In this document: positions 1 through 10,989 of the stretch, in pieces
How positions within the stretch are numbered: the stretch's first letter is position 1
Layout of the letters: each line of letters opens with the position of its first letter
Assembly: GCF_001194135.2 (NCBI RefSeq)
Contig: NC_068990.1
Coordinates: 53,323,743 to 53,359,610 of the forward strand
Source: Octopus bimaculoides
Lineage: Eukaryota
Reading direction: 5' to 3'
DNA: 35,868 nucleotides
Notes under the pieces: model-generated
Told to the model about the DNA's origin: nothing
Databases searched by the model: none
The model's input: the letters and a program-made list of their open reading frames with translations, nothing else
Made by a program: the position numbers and the translations under genes

Positions 1-48
<48 letters not shown>
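1..48. repeat. (AAT)n microsatellite, probably the tail of the adjacent SINE
   Basis: Perfect AAT trinucleotide run directly adjoining the 3' end of the minus-strand SINE. Confidence 0.98.
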
Positions 49-49
<1 letters not shown>

Positions 50-251
50 GTTTCAAATTTTGCCATAAGGTTAGCAATTTTGGGGGAGGGGGATAGCCGA
101 TTACATTGACCTATTGTTTGACTGGTACTTAATTTATCGACCCCGAAAGGATGAATGGCAAAGTCGACCTCGGCGGAATTTGAACTCAGAATGTAGCGAC
201 GAGCGAAAAACCGCTAAGCATTTCGTGCTGTGCGCTGACGATTTTGCCAGC
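49..251 (-). mobile_element. tRNA-derived SINE, family 1 copy
   Basis: Minus strand has a B-box-like GAGTTCAAATTCC followed by GTCGACTTTGCC.TTCATCCTTTCGGGGTCGATAAATTAAGTACCAG. The same core recurs at ~10680-10760 and ~27740-27810. (ATT)n tail. Confidence 0.85.
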
Positions 252-529
252 CTTAAATATTAATAACAATAATTATAACTAGCCGCTTCGCGGCTACTTT
301 GCCCTCACGTTCTAGCTGTGCTGCGCACAGTATTACAGTTGGCTGTGGAAAACAGACAGATCGAATTACATGACTTCCGGTTGGCAGTGAACAGTGATCG
401 AAACAGAAAGAGCAAGGGTGAAAATTTAAAATTTGTTTAATTTTATTTTGTTTGTTTGTTTGTTTGATTTAATGTTGGTTCTGATGTTTCATTCCAAGAC
501 TTCCGTGTACACAACATTTTGAGTGAATG

Positions 530-1800
530 TCAAACTTGGAATGTTGAACCTTTTGAATGATTCTTGATCAGCCCAGATTCTGATTTGTTTGTACCCACAT
601 AAAGCTGACCGTGAGAAAAGACACTTTTGGGAAGACTGATGCTACACCTGTCAAGAAATTTTCCCTGTAATTTGTTGATGGTCATTGCAAAGGCCAATCT
701 TACAGGAAACTGCCGTGTCTTGAATCTCCAAGGGAAACCTGATTGTGTGTCTATCACTTCAATTCTGGGAATGAAACAAATCGAGTTGGGATCCTCCAAT
801 TTCCTTGCAACAATGAGATGATCTTTGACATCTGTCACTATGTATCTCACTCCATTGCAATGACCACCACTCAAGTCAAGGTTTCTGATGAGCATAATGA
901 TGCAATTTTTCTTCAACAGCAAGTTGTGTGGTAGAATCCCAGGTGGGTTCAAGGTGTTGAGAAACTCCACTGGGACCCTTGCAGTATCTTCTGGATCACC
1001 AGAGCCAATGGACATGTTCACAATTTCATCTTCACCTGTCATTCTTCTTTCTAGAAGCATTTTGTTCATGTGATCAACTGTTACATTTTTTGTGCTCAAA
1101 ACTGCTCTTGATGAAAAATATTTGTGGTCTCCAATGTGGTTTTCAAAGTCATTGTAAACAAATTGACAATGTCATCACCAGTGGAGCAACACATTTCTTG
1201 TGACAGTTGAATTGTGTTGCTTGAAATATATGGAGCTTAGCCTTCTCCAATTTGCAACAACCAATTGCTGTAGTTGATGAACCTGGCTCTGTTATCTTCG
1301 TCTCCTTCTGGAATGTTCCGCTCAACTCTCATGTTTCTGCGCAATGTTATCACTTGACATTGATCCCACAAGTCAGATTTCTTGATGATTGAATCTGCAA
1401 TTTGTGACCGGGTGGCCTTTCTGATGACTGGAAGGATTTTCCGAAAGTCTCCTGCTGCCACAAAGAGTTTTTCATTAAATTGTTTGTAATTTTGTGTAAA
1501 ATCTCTCTGTCACGTCAAGGCGTTCCTTTTTCAACATTGGACCCTCGTCCCAGACGATCAATTTTTTCCTTTTTTGCTTTTTGGACCAATTTTGCATACT
1601 GAATAATCATCAATTTCAGGTGGGTAAGCAAATGTTAAATGAGCTGTTGATCCATTTAGCAACAGTGATGAAGCCACACCACTTCCAGCTGATGCAATTG
1701 CAACTGCATTGTCCTTTCTGACAAAGGCAAGCAACAAGTTCAAGAAGAATGTTTTTCCAATTCCACCTGGAGCATCTGCAAAGAACCCACCCCGCTTTGT
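530..1800 (-). pseudogene. Helitron PIF1-family (SF1B) helicase, frameshifted
   Basis: Walker A GGFFADAPGGIGKTFFLN (~1735-1795), Walker B LIVWDEGPM (~1530-1560), GDFRKILPV, LRRNMR, WLLQIGEG, EFLNTLNPPGILPHNL, QFPVRLAFAMTINK.QG, VFSHGQLYV. Confidence 0.93.
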
Positions 1801-1829
1801 TGTTGTATTGTTGTTGAATTGTTTCCAAG

Positions 1830-2400
1830 ATCAATCTCTGCTCTGTGCTGCTTTGTTTGTAGGGAGAATGATGCCAATAAATATCCTCAATTCTTCAAAG
1901 CTTCTTGGGACTCTCACTCTTGTCAACAGCAAACACAGGTTGTAGACATCTCCTGCAGTTGGGGGGACGGACACCATTCGACCAATTTGGGAGCTAGTTT
2001 GTTTTCCTCAATGTCCATTTTTTCTTGCTGTCGTCCCAAGTGAACATTTCTGGGAATTCATGATAGAGCAATTGTGAAGCAATGCCATTTTCATTCTTTT
2101 CATTTGCTTCAAAAAATCCTGTGAGAGTTGTTGTTTTTTTGCTCCTTCAAGTGTTTGTTGCATTTCTTCCCTTTTAGAATTTGGATTGAAGACCACTTGT
2201 TGGATTTCTCAATGTTTGTGGTGGCGCAGGAAAGTGATGAAAAATTGATCTTGCCTCGATTGCAGCACATTTGGTCAAAACAAAGTTCACCTCCACGCGA
2301 CTTGCTTGCTTCACTTCTGAATCCCAATGCTGAACAAAATGCACAGACTTGCGTCACTTGCCCAAGTGAGTGCTGAAGTGGAAGGTCAGAGGGTTGCAAA
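1830..2400 (-). pseudogene. Helitron RepHel N-terminal Cys-rich module fused by deletion to the Rep-helicase linker
   Basis: HSLGQVTQVCAFCSALGFRSE...CCNRGKI is followed almost directly by FEANEK...LLYHEFPEMFTWD..KKKW..R...IGRMVSVPPTAGDVY.L.LLL.RV..PRSFEELR. No HUH Rep motifs between them. Confidence 0.8.
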
Positions 2401-2454
2401 TTGTCAATGTCAGCAACTCCAGCCGTTTCTTGTTGCAGTCTTGCAAATCTTCTT

Positions 2455-2700
2455 GCTCTGCCTCTCTGTGCCTCAGCTGCACGTTGCTCTTCCGTTGCAT
2501 TCTCTCTTCTTGCCCTGCCTCTCTGTGACGCAGCTGCTCGTTGCTCTTCTGTTGCATTTTCGCTTCTTCCTCTGTATCTTTGTCTCTCAGCTGTGCGTTG
2601 CCCTTTGGTTGCATTTTCTCTTCTTCCTCTGCTTTGCGACTCAACTGCATGTTGCTCTTTTGTCGCATTTATTCTTCTTTATCTGCTCCTCTGTCTCTCA
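2455..2700 (-). repeat. ~57-bp (19-aa) coding tandem repeat in the Helitron N-terminal region
   Basis: CAGCTG/CAACTG anchors at 2474, 2531, 2588, 2642; translated unit like MQQKSNEQLRHREAGQEER. Confidence 0.85.
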
Positions 2701-3779
2701 TTGTCAATTTGATCTTTGTTGCCTCCTATCTTACCCTTTGCCTTTCTGCTTCTCTCCTTCTCATCATCACAACTGTCACTGGCATCGTTGCTGCTTGCAG
2801 CAAGTGTAAAGGTATTTCCATGATTGCTGTTGCCTTTTTTAATGTATTGTTTTTTCCTCCTTCTTTGCTTCTGCCAGCAAGAGGCTGAACGCCTTTTTGA
2901 CCAAATGATGGACTGTCTGGTTTCTTCCTCAACCTTGCAGAGAGCTGTCTTGAGGTCTTCAGTCTGTTGTGAGCAAAATGAAAAAAAAAGAAAAAATGAA
3001 AATTCGATGGAAAAACCCCCTGAAAACTCTATCAAGCCAAAGAAGCGAACACTGGCTGTTGCACGATGGGTATTTACTGTTACGCTAGTCACATACCTTA
3101 CCTGGTACCAATTACGTGTTGCTAGTCGTGTGTGTTCGCACGAGTAAGTCACACTTTATTTAATGGATGACTGTTATTATTAACCGGTGATAGTGTGCAC
3201 TCTTAAAAAACGAACACTGACTGTCGTACGATGGTCATTATTTAATGAATGGCTGTTAAACGCCACTAAGTGAATCGAAATACTTACCGGTATGCAAAAA
3301 AGGTACACGAATTCCAACGAGCAAAACTAATAACACCTAAAAAGCAAACACTGGCTGTTTTACAATAATGGCTATTCTTATATGAATGGCTGTTAAACAC
3401 CGCTAAGCGAAACAAAATACTTAAGAGATGTTGAGTCGGGAAAATACGCTAAATAGTTACTCGAATTCCAACGGACTGATAAAGTCTCCCAAAATATTTT
3501 TGAGTGCGACTCATGAATTTTAGTCTGTTATTCTGATTCGAATTGTTGCATCTCCTCCACCCAAATCGTGTATTTCAGTCCCTTATACAGTTTCGGACGA
3601 TCGGTTGGATGGTTGGATGCATGAATTTCCTATTATAATGTAAATAATAGTAAATATGATGTTTGTTATGTGGTAATCTATTTGAATTAACATGTCAGAG
3701 ACGTAAACTATTGAATTCTGCAGTATTCCTTGTGTTACTACCTTATGTCTCAATCAAATTTGTTGTATCCATTGCAATC

Positions 3780-5700
3780 ATTTAATTTTATTATTGGGTA
3801 AACAATAATATCTGCACCATTTATCCTTTCAAAGCATTCGATTTTTACAGAGAGAAACACCTCTAAACATTGTTAGTAGCATCATATTACTCAGTTATAT
3901 TTTGGTAATTATTGAATAATCTTTCTACCACAGTATTTAGTGGAATCAGGTAATATTCAGAAATTCAAAGCAACATCCCTACAAGAATTTCCGCCAGTGC
4001 CATCTTTATAATAATCATTTCTACTGAGCTATTCCACTAAATGAATACATTTGCTATTTTATTATCATTTATATTCATTGACTCCAAAAGAGGACTAATT
4101 GGTTTCTTGATACGTCTCAAAATATTTTCTACAGAAAAACATTTTCTGGAATCGTTGTTTTCTGGAATCGTTGTTTTCTGGAATCGTTGTTTTCTGGAAT
4201 CGTTTCCAAAATAAAAGAAAAAAATTTAAGTTCCTTTCTTCAATATTTTTTCTTTCATCAGCTGTTATCTTCTTGAGCATCATCTTTACAGTTTTTCTCT
4301 CAAACCTACTGTCGATGTTAGGGTTAGGTTCCCTAAATTCTTTAATATTAGAATTAGGATCAAGAGTATCTATGCTGCGTGTTGACAGTCCGAAGATAGT
4401 TGCAATAGATTTGATCAAATGGGAAAGATTTCGGAACATGTGCCTTAAAACTAAATGCAGAAAAAAATCAAATATATTCTTATAATCACAAGGCATTTTA
4501 TTTAGCAGCTATTTGGCAATAAAGAACTTTCTTTTGTATTCATAATTTTAAACTTTGTAATTCAAGCCACTGATTCGAAATTCTATCTTCAGCAGCTTCA
4601 ATAGATAACTATCGAATCGTTGCACAGCCGTTTAACATCTTCAATGGTTCTTTATCATAAACAACATGCAACTAGCTTACAGATTGCGTGTCAGATTAAA
4701 GAATGGTGGTGCTGGTGGGGGAAACACTTACACAGTTTCTGCAACCAAAAAGATTTTAGTCTTTTGGCACAAATATGGAATACTACCAATTGCAAAGATA
4801 AAGAGACACGTCTAAACAGAAGTAACAACGGAATTTCCTTTAATTCTCGACGCAAATATTATGAATTCCTGCTAATATCAGCTTTACTAGCCATTACTTT
4901 TCAAAACAACTACAATTCTCTTTGCATCATAATTCTCTAAAACTTCCAAATCGATGTATGTATACACAGTTTCTTTGAAAATATTACTGAAATATAATCC
5001 AATCATTCCCAGAAGCTTCTTAACTGAGATACCATTGGATTCCTCTTATAGAAGACGAAACTTATCAGTTCCTCCATCAGAAATTAATTCCTTCTCAAAG
5101 GAAGAAATATATCCTTTAAAATCTTGACACATTTGATTCAACGCAACTTCCCCTTGGAAACAGTTATGCTACAAAGTATTTTTGGTACAAATCACGTGTG
5201 TTCAATAAAGAATAGCAGCCAATATACATTGGAAATTTAGCTTCAAGAATTGTTTCGTATGGAAAATTGGTAACAGGAATTACTTCAAATGGAACTGGTG
5301 CTATACAGAAAATACTTTCCATGATATCACATCTCTAAACTCTTGCAGTATGCTTTGGGTGTATCGGTACGGATTTCATATAAACACTGTATGTTGGCGT
5401 AGCAAATCATTCCTTTCAGAATAATCTCTTTAGGTACATTCTCGTAAAATGGTAAAAAGTTGAAGCAAACTTTAAATGAATACCGTTTTAAAGGAACACG
5501 TTAAAATTCGCAAATTCAGTTCCTTGACAATTATTAGTTGTACAAGACAATTTACTGAAAAATGGCATCAGATAACGAGAATAATTGGCAACTGGCAAAC
5601 GACCTTTGGTATTTTGAAAGTGTCCGTAGGGACTTTCCTGTGTAAAATACTACAAAAGTCTTCATACTTTCATAGAGGAGTCATCAAATGTTGCTGTCAG
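3780..5700 (-). pseudogene. hAT-superfamily DDE transposase fossil (many stops and frameshifts)
   Basis: FRLL*EESNGISVKKLLGMIGLYFSN..KETVYTYIDLEVLENYDAKRIV (DESTDIS-type first catalytic motif, ~4900-5060); PLKMLNGCATIR*LSIEAAEDRISNQWLEL (TRWLS-type, ~4570-4650); YKDGTGGN..ILPDS..VVERLF (hATC dimerisation-like, ~3900-4010). Confidence 0.8.
4142..4202. repeat. 16-bp tandem repeat (TTTTCTGGAATCGTTG) x ~3.8
   Basis: Direct reading; units are contiguous with no spacers. Confidence 0.95.
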
Positions 5701-5972
5701 TTGGAATTAAGATGAGTGCGTGTGGGAGGTGAGGAATACACAACATTAACGATCACTTCAGGAATCAAGTCTAACATAGATATAGTATTGGCTCATGGAC
5801 CAGTCTGAACCAAGTTTCACGTAGAGTTGACTGTTTTCTAGCAACCGTCTCTCCCTCGAACACACATTCACACGCATGCACACACTTACACACTCACATA
5901 TACTAAGTTCGTACACAGTGCTCGAGGGTAAGTTAAAGGCAAAGTGATCGGATATGCCTGAGTAATTCCCAT

Positions 5973-6041
5973 CCGAGGAGGAGGATGAAGAAGAAGAAGA
6001 AGAAGAAGAAGAGGAGGAGGAGGAGGAGGAGGAGGAGGAGA
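5973..6041. repeat. (GAG)/(GAA) compound microsatellite
   Basis: Direct reading. Confidence 0.95.
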
Positions 6042-6236
6042 GCTGCAGTGGATTCGCCCATAGATGGAGTTGAGTTCGGTACGCCAAGTCAAGAAATCAT
6101 TTAGGAAACTTCAGGTAGTCTTTATATCAGTTAGAAGCTGTCTAATCTTCAAATCTGCAATCTTAAAAATATAAAAGCACACAAAGACCAGCGTAGTCCT
6201 TGGATATAGGAAAAGATAGGATACTCACTGAAGCTA

Positions 6237-6252
6237 AACAACAACAACAACG

Positions 6253-6295
<43 letters not shown>

Positions 6296-6296
6296 A
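6237..6296. repeat. (CAA)n microsatellite
   Basis: Direct reading. Confidence 0.95.
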
Positions 6297-6847
6297 CATC
6301 TACAAACAACCACTTTTTACAGTGGCGCTGCCATTGTTCCTCATGCTCCACGGTAGTTGGGCGAGGATCACGGAAGAGCTATGTTTGCGTTGGATTACAC
6401 ACACGCACACGCACACACACACATATACACACACTCTCACGCCGATATATGTACATAAACAGACACACATACACAGAAAGTAGAGTGAATGATACATTCT
6501 TAGCAGCTGGCATCACATTTTCTCCCTCAATTTCTGTCTCTCTTAGTTAATGTAAACATATCAACCACGCAGCCCCCCCCCACAGACACACACACACAGA
6601 CATACACAGACACACTCACACACACACACATACACACACATACACGCACGCACACACACGCGCGCGCGTGTGCGCTGTAGAAACTTTAGTACTTTAGTGA
6701 AACCTAGTCTTGTCTAAATACCATTCCCATTTAATTGGCAATTTACATAAATTGGAGGAACCAACAGAAGTTTACTTTCAATTATATTTCTCTTACTTTT
6801 TCTTCATATCCTCAGTCTTCTATCTGGATGGAGGGACGTAATTTTAG

Positions 6848-7138
6848 TATGTACGTATTACGTACGTACGTATGTATGTATGTATGTATGTATGTATGTA
6901 TGTATGTATGTATGCATGTATGTATATATGTATGTATGTGTGCATGTCTGTATGTATGCATGTATGTATCTATGTATGTATGCATGTATGCCTGTATGTC
7001 TGTATGTCTGTATGTATGTATGTATGTATGTATGTATGTATGTATGCATGTATGTATGTATGTATGTATGCATGTATGTATGTATGCATGTATGTATGTA
7101 TGCATGTATGTATGTATGTATGTATGTATGTATGTATG
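6848..7138. repeat. (TATG)n microsatellite running into an assembly gap
   Basis: Direct reading; source of the spurious YVCM/HTYI ORFs. Confidence 0.97.
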
Positions 7139-7984
7139 NNNNNNNNNNNNNNNNNNNNNNNNNNNNNNNNNNNNNNNNNNNNNNNNNNNNNNNNNNNNNN
7201 NNNNNNNNNNNNNNNNNNNNNNNNNNNNNNNNNNNNNNNNNNNNNNNNNNNNNNNNNNNNNNNNNNNNNNNNNNNNNNNNNNNNNNNNNNNNNNNNNNNN
7301 NNNNNNNNNNNNNNNNNNNNNNNNNNNNNNNNNNNNNNNNNNNNNNNNNNNNNNNNNNNNNNNNNNNNNNNNNNNNNNNNNNNNNNNNNNNNNNNNNNNN
7401 NNNNNNNNNNNNNNNNNNNNNNNNNNNNNNNNNNNNNNNNNNNNNNNNNNNNNNNNNNNNNNNNNNNNNNNNNNNNNNNNNNNNNNNNNNNNNNNNNNNN
7501 NNNNNNNNNNNNNNNNNNNNNNNNNNNNNNNNNNNNNNNNNNNNNNNNNNNNNNNNNNNNNNNNNNNNNNNNNNNNNNNNNNNNNNNNNNNNNNNNNNNN
7601 NNNNNNNNNNNNNNNNNNNNNNNNNNNNNNNNNNNNNNNNNNNNNNNNNNNNNNNNNNNNNNNNNNNNNNNNNNNNNNNNNNNNNNNNNNNNNNNNNNNN
7701 NNNNNNNNNNNNNNNNNNNNNNNNNNNNNNNNNNNNNNNNNNNNNNNNNNNNNNNNNNNNNNNNNNNNNNNNNNNNNNNNNNNNNNNNNNNNNNNNNNNN
7801 NNNNNNNNNNNNNNNNNNNNNNNNNNNNNNNNNNNNNNNNNNNNNNNNNNNNNNNNNNNNNNNNNNNNNNNNNNNNNNNNNNNNNNNNNNNNNNNNNNNN
7901 NNNNNNNNNNNNNNNNNNNNNNNNNNNNNNNNNNNNNNNNNNNNNNNNNNNNNNNNNNNNNNNNNNNNNNNNNNNNNNNNNNNN
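7139..7984. other. assembly gap (N run); further gaps at 10016-10516, 11343-12095, 15008-15631, 16226-16431, 32033-32790
   Basis: Runs of n. Confidence 0.99.
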
Positions 7985-8003
7985 ATATATATATATATAT
8001 ATA

Positions 8004-8226
8004 CAGCAAGAAGAAAACTGGAGGGGATCGAGAGGTAGTATGCATCAACTATTAGACATTATATTATGTCTATTTATTTAAAACAATTATGAGAATATAT
8101 ATACATGTGTAAAGATTGTTTTACATATATATTCTGAAAATTGTTTTAAATAAATAAATAGACATAATATAATGTCTAACATTTGATGCATACTACCTTT
8201 GGATACCCTCCATTCTCTTCTGGCCG
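8004..8226. mobile_element. fold-back element / MITE-like long inverted repeat flanked by TA
   Basis: Left arm CAGCAAGAAGAAAACTGGAGGGGATCGAGAGGTAGTATGCATCAA..TTAGACATTATATTATGTCTATTTATTT..AAAACAATT is the near reverse complement of the right arm ending ..CTTCTGGCCG. TA at 8002-8003 and 8227-8228. Confidence 0.75.
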
Positions 8227-8949
8227 TATTAATGATTGGGTATTCTACCAGCAGTATATTGGATAGATACTATCCCTTAGTTAGTTGGATTCACAACCTC
8301 TAACTCTCTTTGAATACACACACACACACAGACACGATACTGTTAAGTTATCCCTACAGACTTTCTATAGAATTTAGAATGATATAGAAAATCTGTAGAT
8401 AACTTAAATATGATTGTATCACACTGCTAACACAAAGGGAAGACATAGTATTGGCTTATAAACCGTTAGTATACTTGGTAGTGTATCGTGGTTAAAAAAT
8501 AAAACACGATGTCCTACTCGCAACTAATATGTTGGTACCAGTTCCCAGGAATGTATTTAATATGTAAATTGGTCTATCCAATATTGTTACACCGCTAAAT
8601 TTACTGGGAATTTAAGCAATGTGTTTGTGGATAGTTAATGGGTTGGATTTGGTGCTGAAGAAAGAGCAATAACTCCTGAAATATCCTATACACCCATTAT
8701 CTATTTTCAATCCTCGATCGCATTATTTACACTGGCCTATTCGTATGTAACACGTCGTAACTTTCAGTACTGGCTCTAATTTCTATAGAAAATCTACAGG
8801 AAGTTTGTCTCTGAGGGACAACAAGGATTTTCAGGAGGGTTCAAAGAACTTGAAAGATTGCTGAAAATTTGTGGATACCTAAGGTTACATGTGGTAACCA
8901 GTTTCCCATACATAAATCATACGAGGAATAAGACCGAACCTGAGCCAAA

Positions 8950-9200
8950 CCAAAATAATAAATGCAGATTCTGCGAGATAACTGCCGAAACAATAGACCA
9001 TCTTGTTTCGGGATGTTTTGTGCTGACACCAAACAAATACAAAAATCGCCACCATAGAGTAGGACAGTATTTACATTGGAAAATATGTAAACACTACAAA
9101 ATCGGCACTCCTGCTGTATGAACATCATCTTAAGCCAGTCGTTGAAGGTAAAAATTCAACAGTCAGAACGATCCAGGCTAATCGACAAGACATAATTACG
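8950..9200 (+). mobile_element. R4/Dong-like RLE non-LTR retrotransposon fragment (CCHC knuckle, start of endonuclease)
   Basis: NKCRFCEITAETIDHLVSGCFVLTPNKYKNRHHRVGQYLHWKICKHY, then RTIQANRQDII (RPD-type motif). Confidence 0.85.
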
Positions 9201-9414
9201 TCACCAAAATAGTTAAAAACATTTGAGAAAATAGTGCGTAGTTACGTCACCAAATAGTTATGACATTTGAGAAAGTAGTGGACTACGCACCACGCCATGA
9301 CTGCAGCTCTGTCAATGAGATGAGCTGCGGAGAGACGTGTCGCACGCAAGACGCTCACACCAGTTCACCCTTATTTTCGTTGTCGTTCACATCATCGCAG
9401 TGATTTAGATAGTT

Positions 9415-10015
9415 CTATAGGTGCGACAACCTCAAGGCGTGGCGCCGCACCATTAACGAGGGCATCCCAAGACCACCAGGGTGTGGGTATTGACAGCAGA
9501 TGGATTTTCTGATCAGCAGAATCTGACCCTTCCTAAAGAAACGGAAAAGCAAGCGCTCCAATCTGGTCAGAGTTTTCTTAGGAGAAGGTACGACGGCTAG
9601 GCGGTAGTACACTACCGAGGCGATAAATGCATTCGCTACTTCCGCCCGGCTTTTTAGCTATAACTTTCTGCTTGCCCATTTCTTGATGAGCTTGGTCACC
9701 CTAGTCATGACCTCTTCTTAGTTCCTATCTACCTGGAGAACGGGTCCGAACCAGACTCCGAGCGCTTTCACCGGACGCTCCGTCCAGCGACAGAAATCGC
9801 TGCTAGTCGGCTTGCCTCTCCAAGAGCCTACTTGCAGACCTACTGATTTGTTCTGGCTTATAAGTGCTCCTGTGCAGCCCTGATATTCTTTCAGTATGGT
9901 GTCAATCTTTTCTATGTCAGAAGAGTCTGATACCATGACAGTGGCGTCGTCCGCGTATGCAGACACAGCTCTCCTGTGACCCAGTTCCAGCGGGATACTC
10001 CTCAAATTCTCCAGC
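9415..10015 (-). mobile_element. Tx1/L1-type LINE ORF2 fragment (RT C-half and thumb)
   Basis: VSAYADDATVMV, NKSVGLQVGSW, VKALGVWFG, GGLGMP motifs. Confidence 0.9.
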
Positions 10016-10591
10016 NNNNNNNNNNNNNNNNNNNNNNNNNNNNNNNNNNNNNNNNNNNNNNNNNNNNNNNNNNNNNNNNNNNNNNNNNNNNNNNNNNNNN
10101 NNNNNNNNNNNNNNNNNNNNNNNNNNNNNNNNNNNNNNNNNNNNNNNNNNNNNNNNNNNNNNNNNNNNNNNNNNNNNNNNNNNNNNNNNNNNNNNNNNNN
10201 NNNNNNNNNNNNNNNNNNNNNNNNNNNNNNNNNNNNNNNNNNNNNNNNNNNNNNNNNNNNNNNNNNNNNNNNNNNNNNNNNNNNNNNNNNNNNNNNNNNN
10301 NNNNNNNNNNNNNNNNNNNNNNNNNNNNNNNNNNNNNNNNNNNNNNNNNNNNNNNNNNNNNNNNNNNNNNNNNNNNNNNNNNNNNNNNNNNNNNNNNNNN
10401 NNNNNNNNNNNNNNNNNNNNNNNNNNNNNNNNNNNNNNNNNNNNNNNNNNNNNNNNNNNNNNNNNNNNNNNNNNNNNNNNNNNNNNNNNNNNNNNNNNNN
10501 NNNNNNNNNNNNNNNNTTATTAATCACAAAGGTTTATATTAAGAAAAAAAAACATTATGGGCAGTACAGGAAAAAAATAAAGAATGTGTGT

Positions 10592-10824
10592 GTTATTTCT
10601 TTACTACCCACAAGGGACTACACACAGAGGGGACAAACAAAGACAGACAAACAGATTAAGTCAATTATATCGACACCAGTGCGTAACTGGTACTTATTTA
10701 ATCGACCCCGAAAGGATGAAAGGCAAAGTCGACCTCGGCGGAATTTGAACTCAGAATGTAGCGGCAGACGAAATACCGCTAAGCATTTCGCCCGGCGTGC
10801 TAACGTTTCTGCCAGCTCGCCGCC
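10592..10824 (-). mobile_element. tRNA-derived SINE, family 1, near full length
   Basis: Head GGCGGCGAGCTGGCAGAAACGTTAGCACG, B-box GAGTTCAAATTCC, core shared with 49-251. Confidence 0.88.
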
Positions 10825-10989
10825 TTGTGTGTGTGTATGTATGTGAGTGTGTGTTGTGGGGGTTTTGCGTGTAAACAAGACTAACAAAATTTTTTTAAAA
10901 TCAACAATATGCGATCCTCAATAGGGAGGAGACGTTCGAGGGCTGCTCATGGAAAAACCCCATAAAAAAATCATGGGTACCCTGGATTT

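Larger units (their letters stand above)
279..3659 (-). mobile_element. Helitron, non-autonomous deletion derivative with both termini
   Basis: Minus-strand 5' end A|TC at 3660/3659 followed by an AT-rich tract and a short CATCCAAC duplication. 3' end hairpin TAGCCGC-GAA-GCGGCTA ending in CTAG|T at 279/278. Internal RepHel remnants present. Confidence 0.75.

Noticed and set aside
1-48. Telomeric repeat at the window start
   Set aside because: AAT microsatellite attached to a SINE tail, not TTAGGG.
530-1800. Host PIF1 gene
   Set aside because: Intronless, frameshifted, preceded by Helitron-specific linker and Cys modules, and within Helitron-like termini.
4142-4202. CRISPR-like array
   Set aside because: Contiguous 16-bp units with no spacers, eukaryotic context, no cas genes.
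6812-7138. YVCM/HTYI-repeat ORFs (also 35365-35689)
   Set aside because: Translations of (TATG)n microsatellites.
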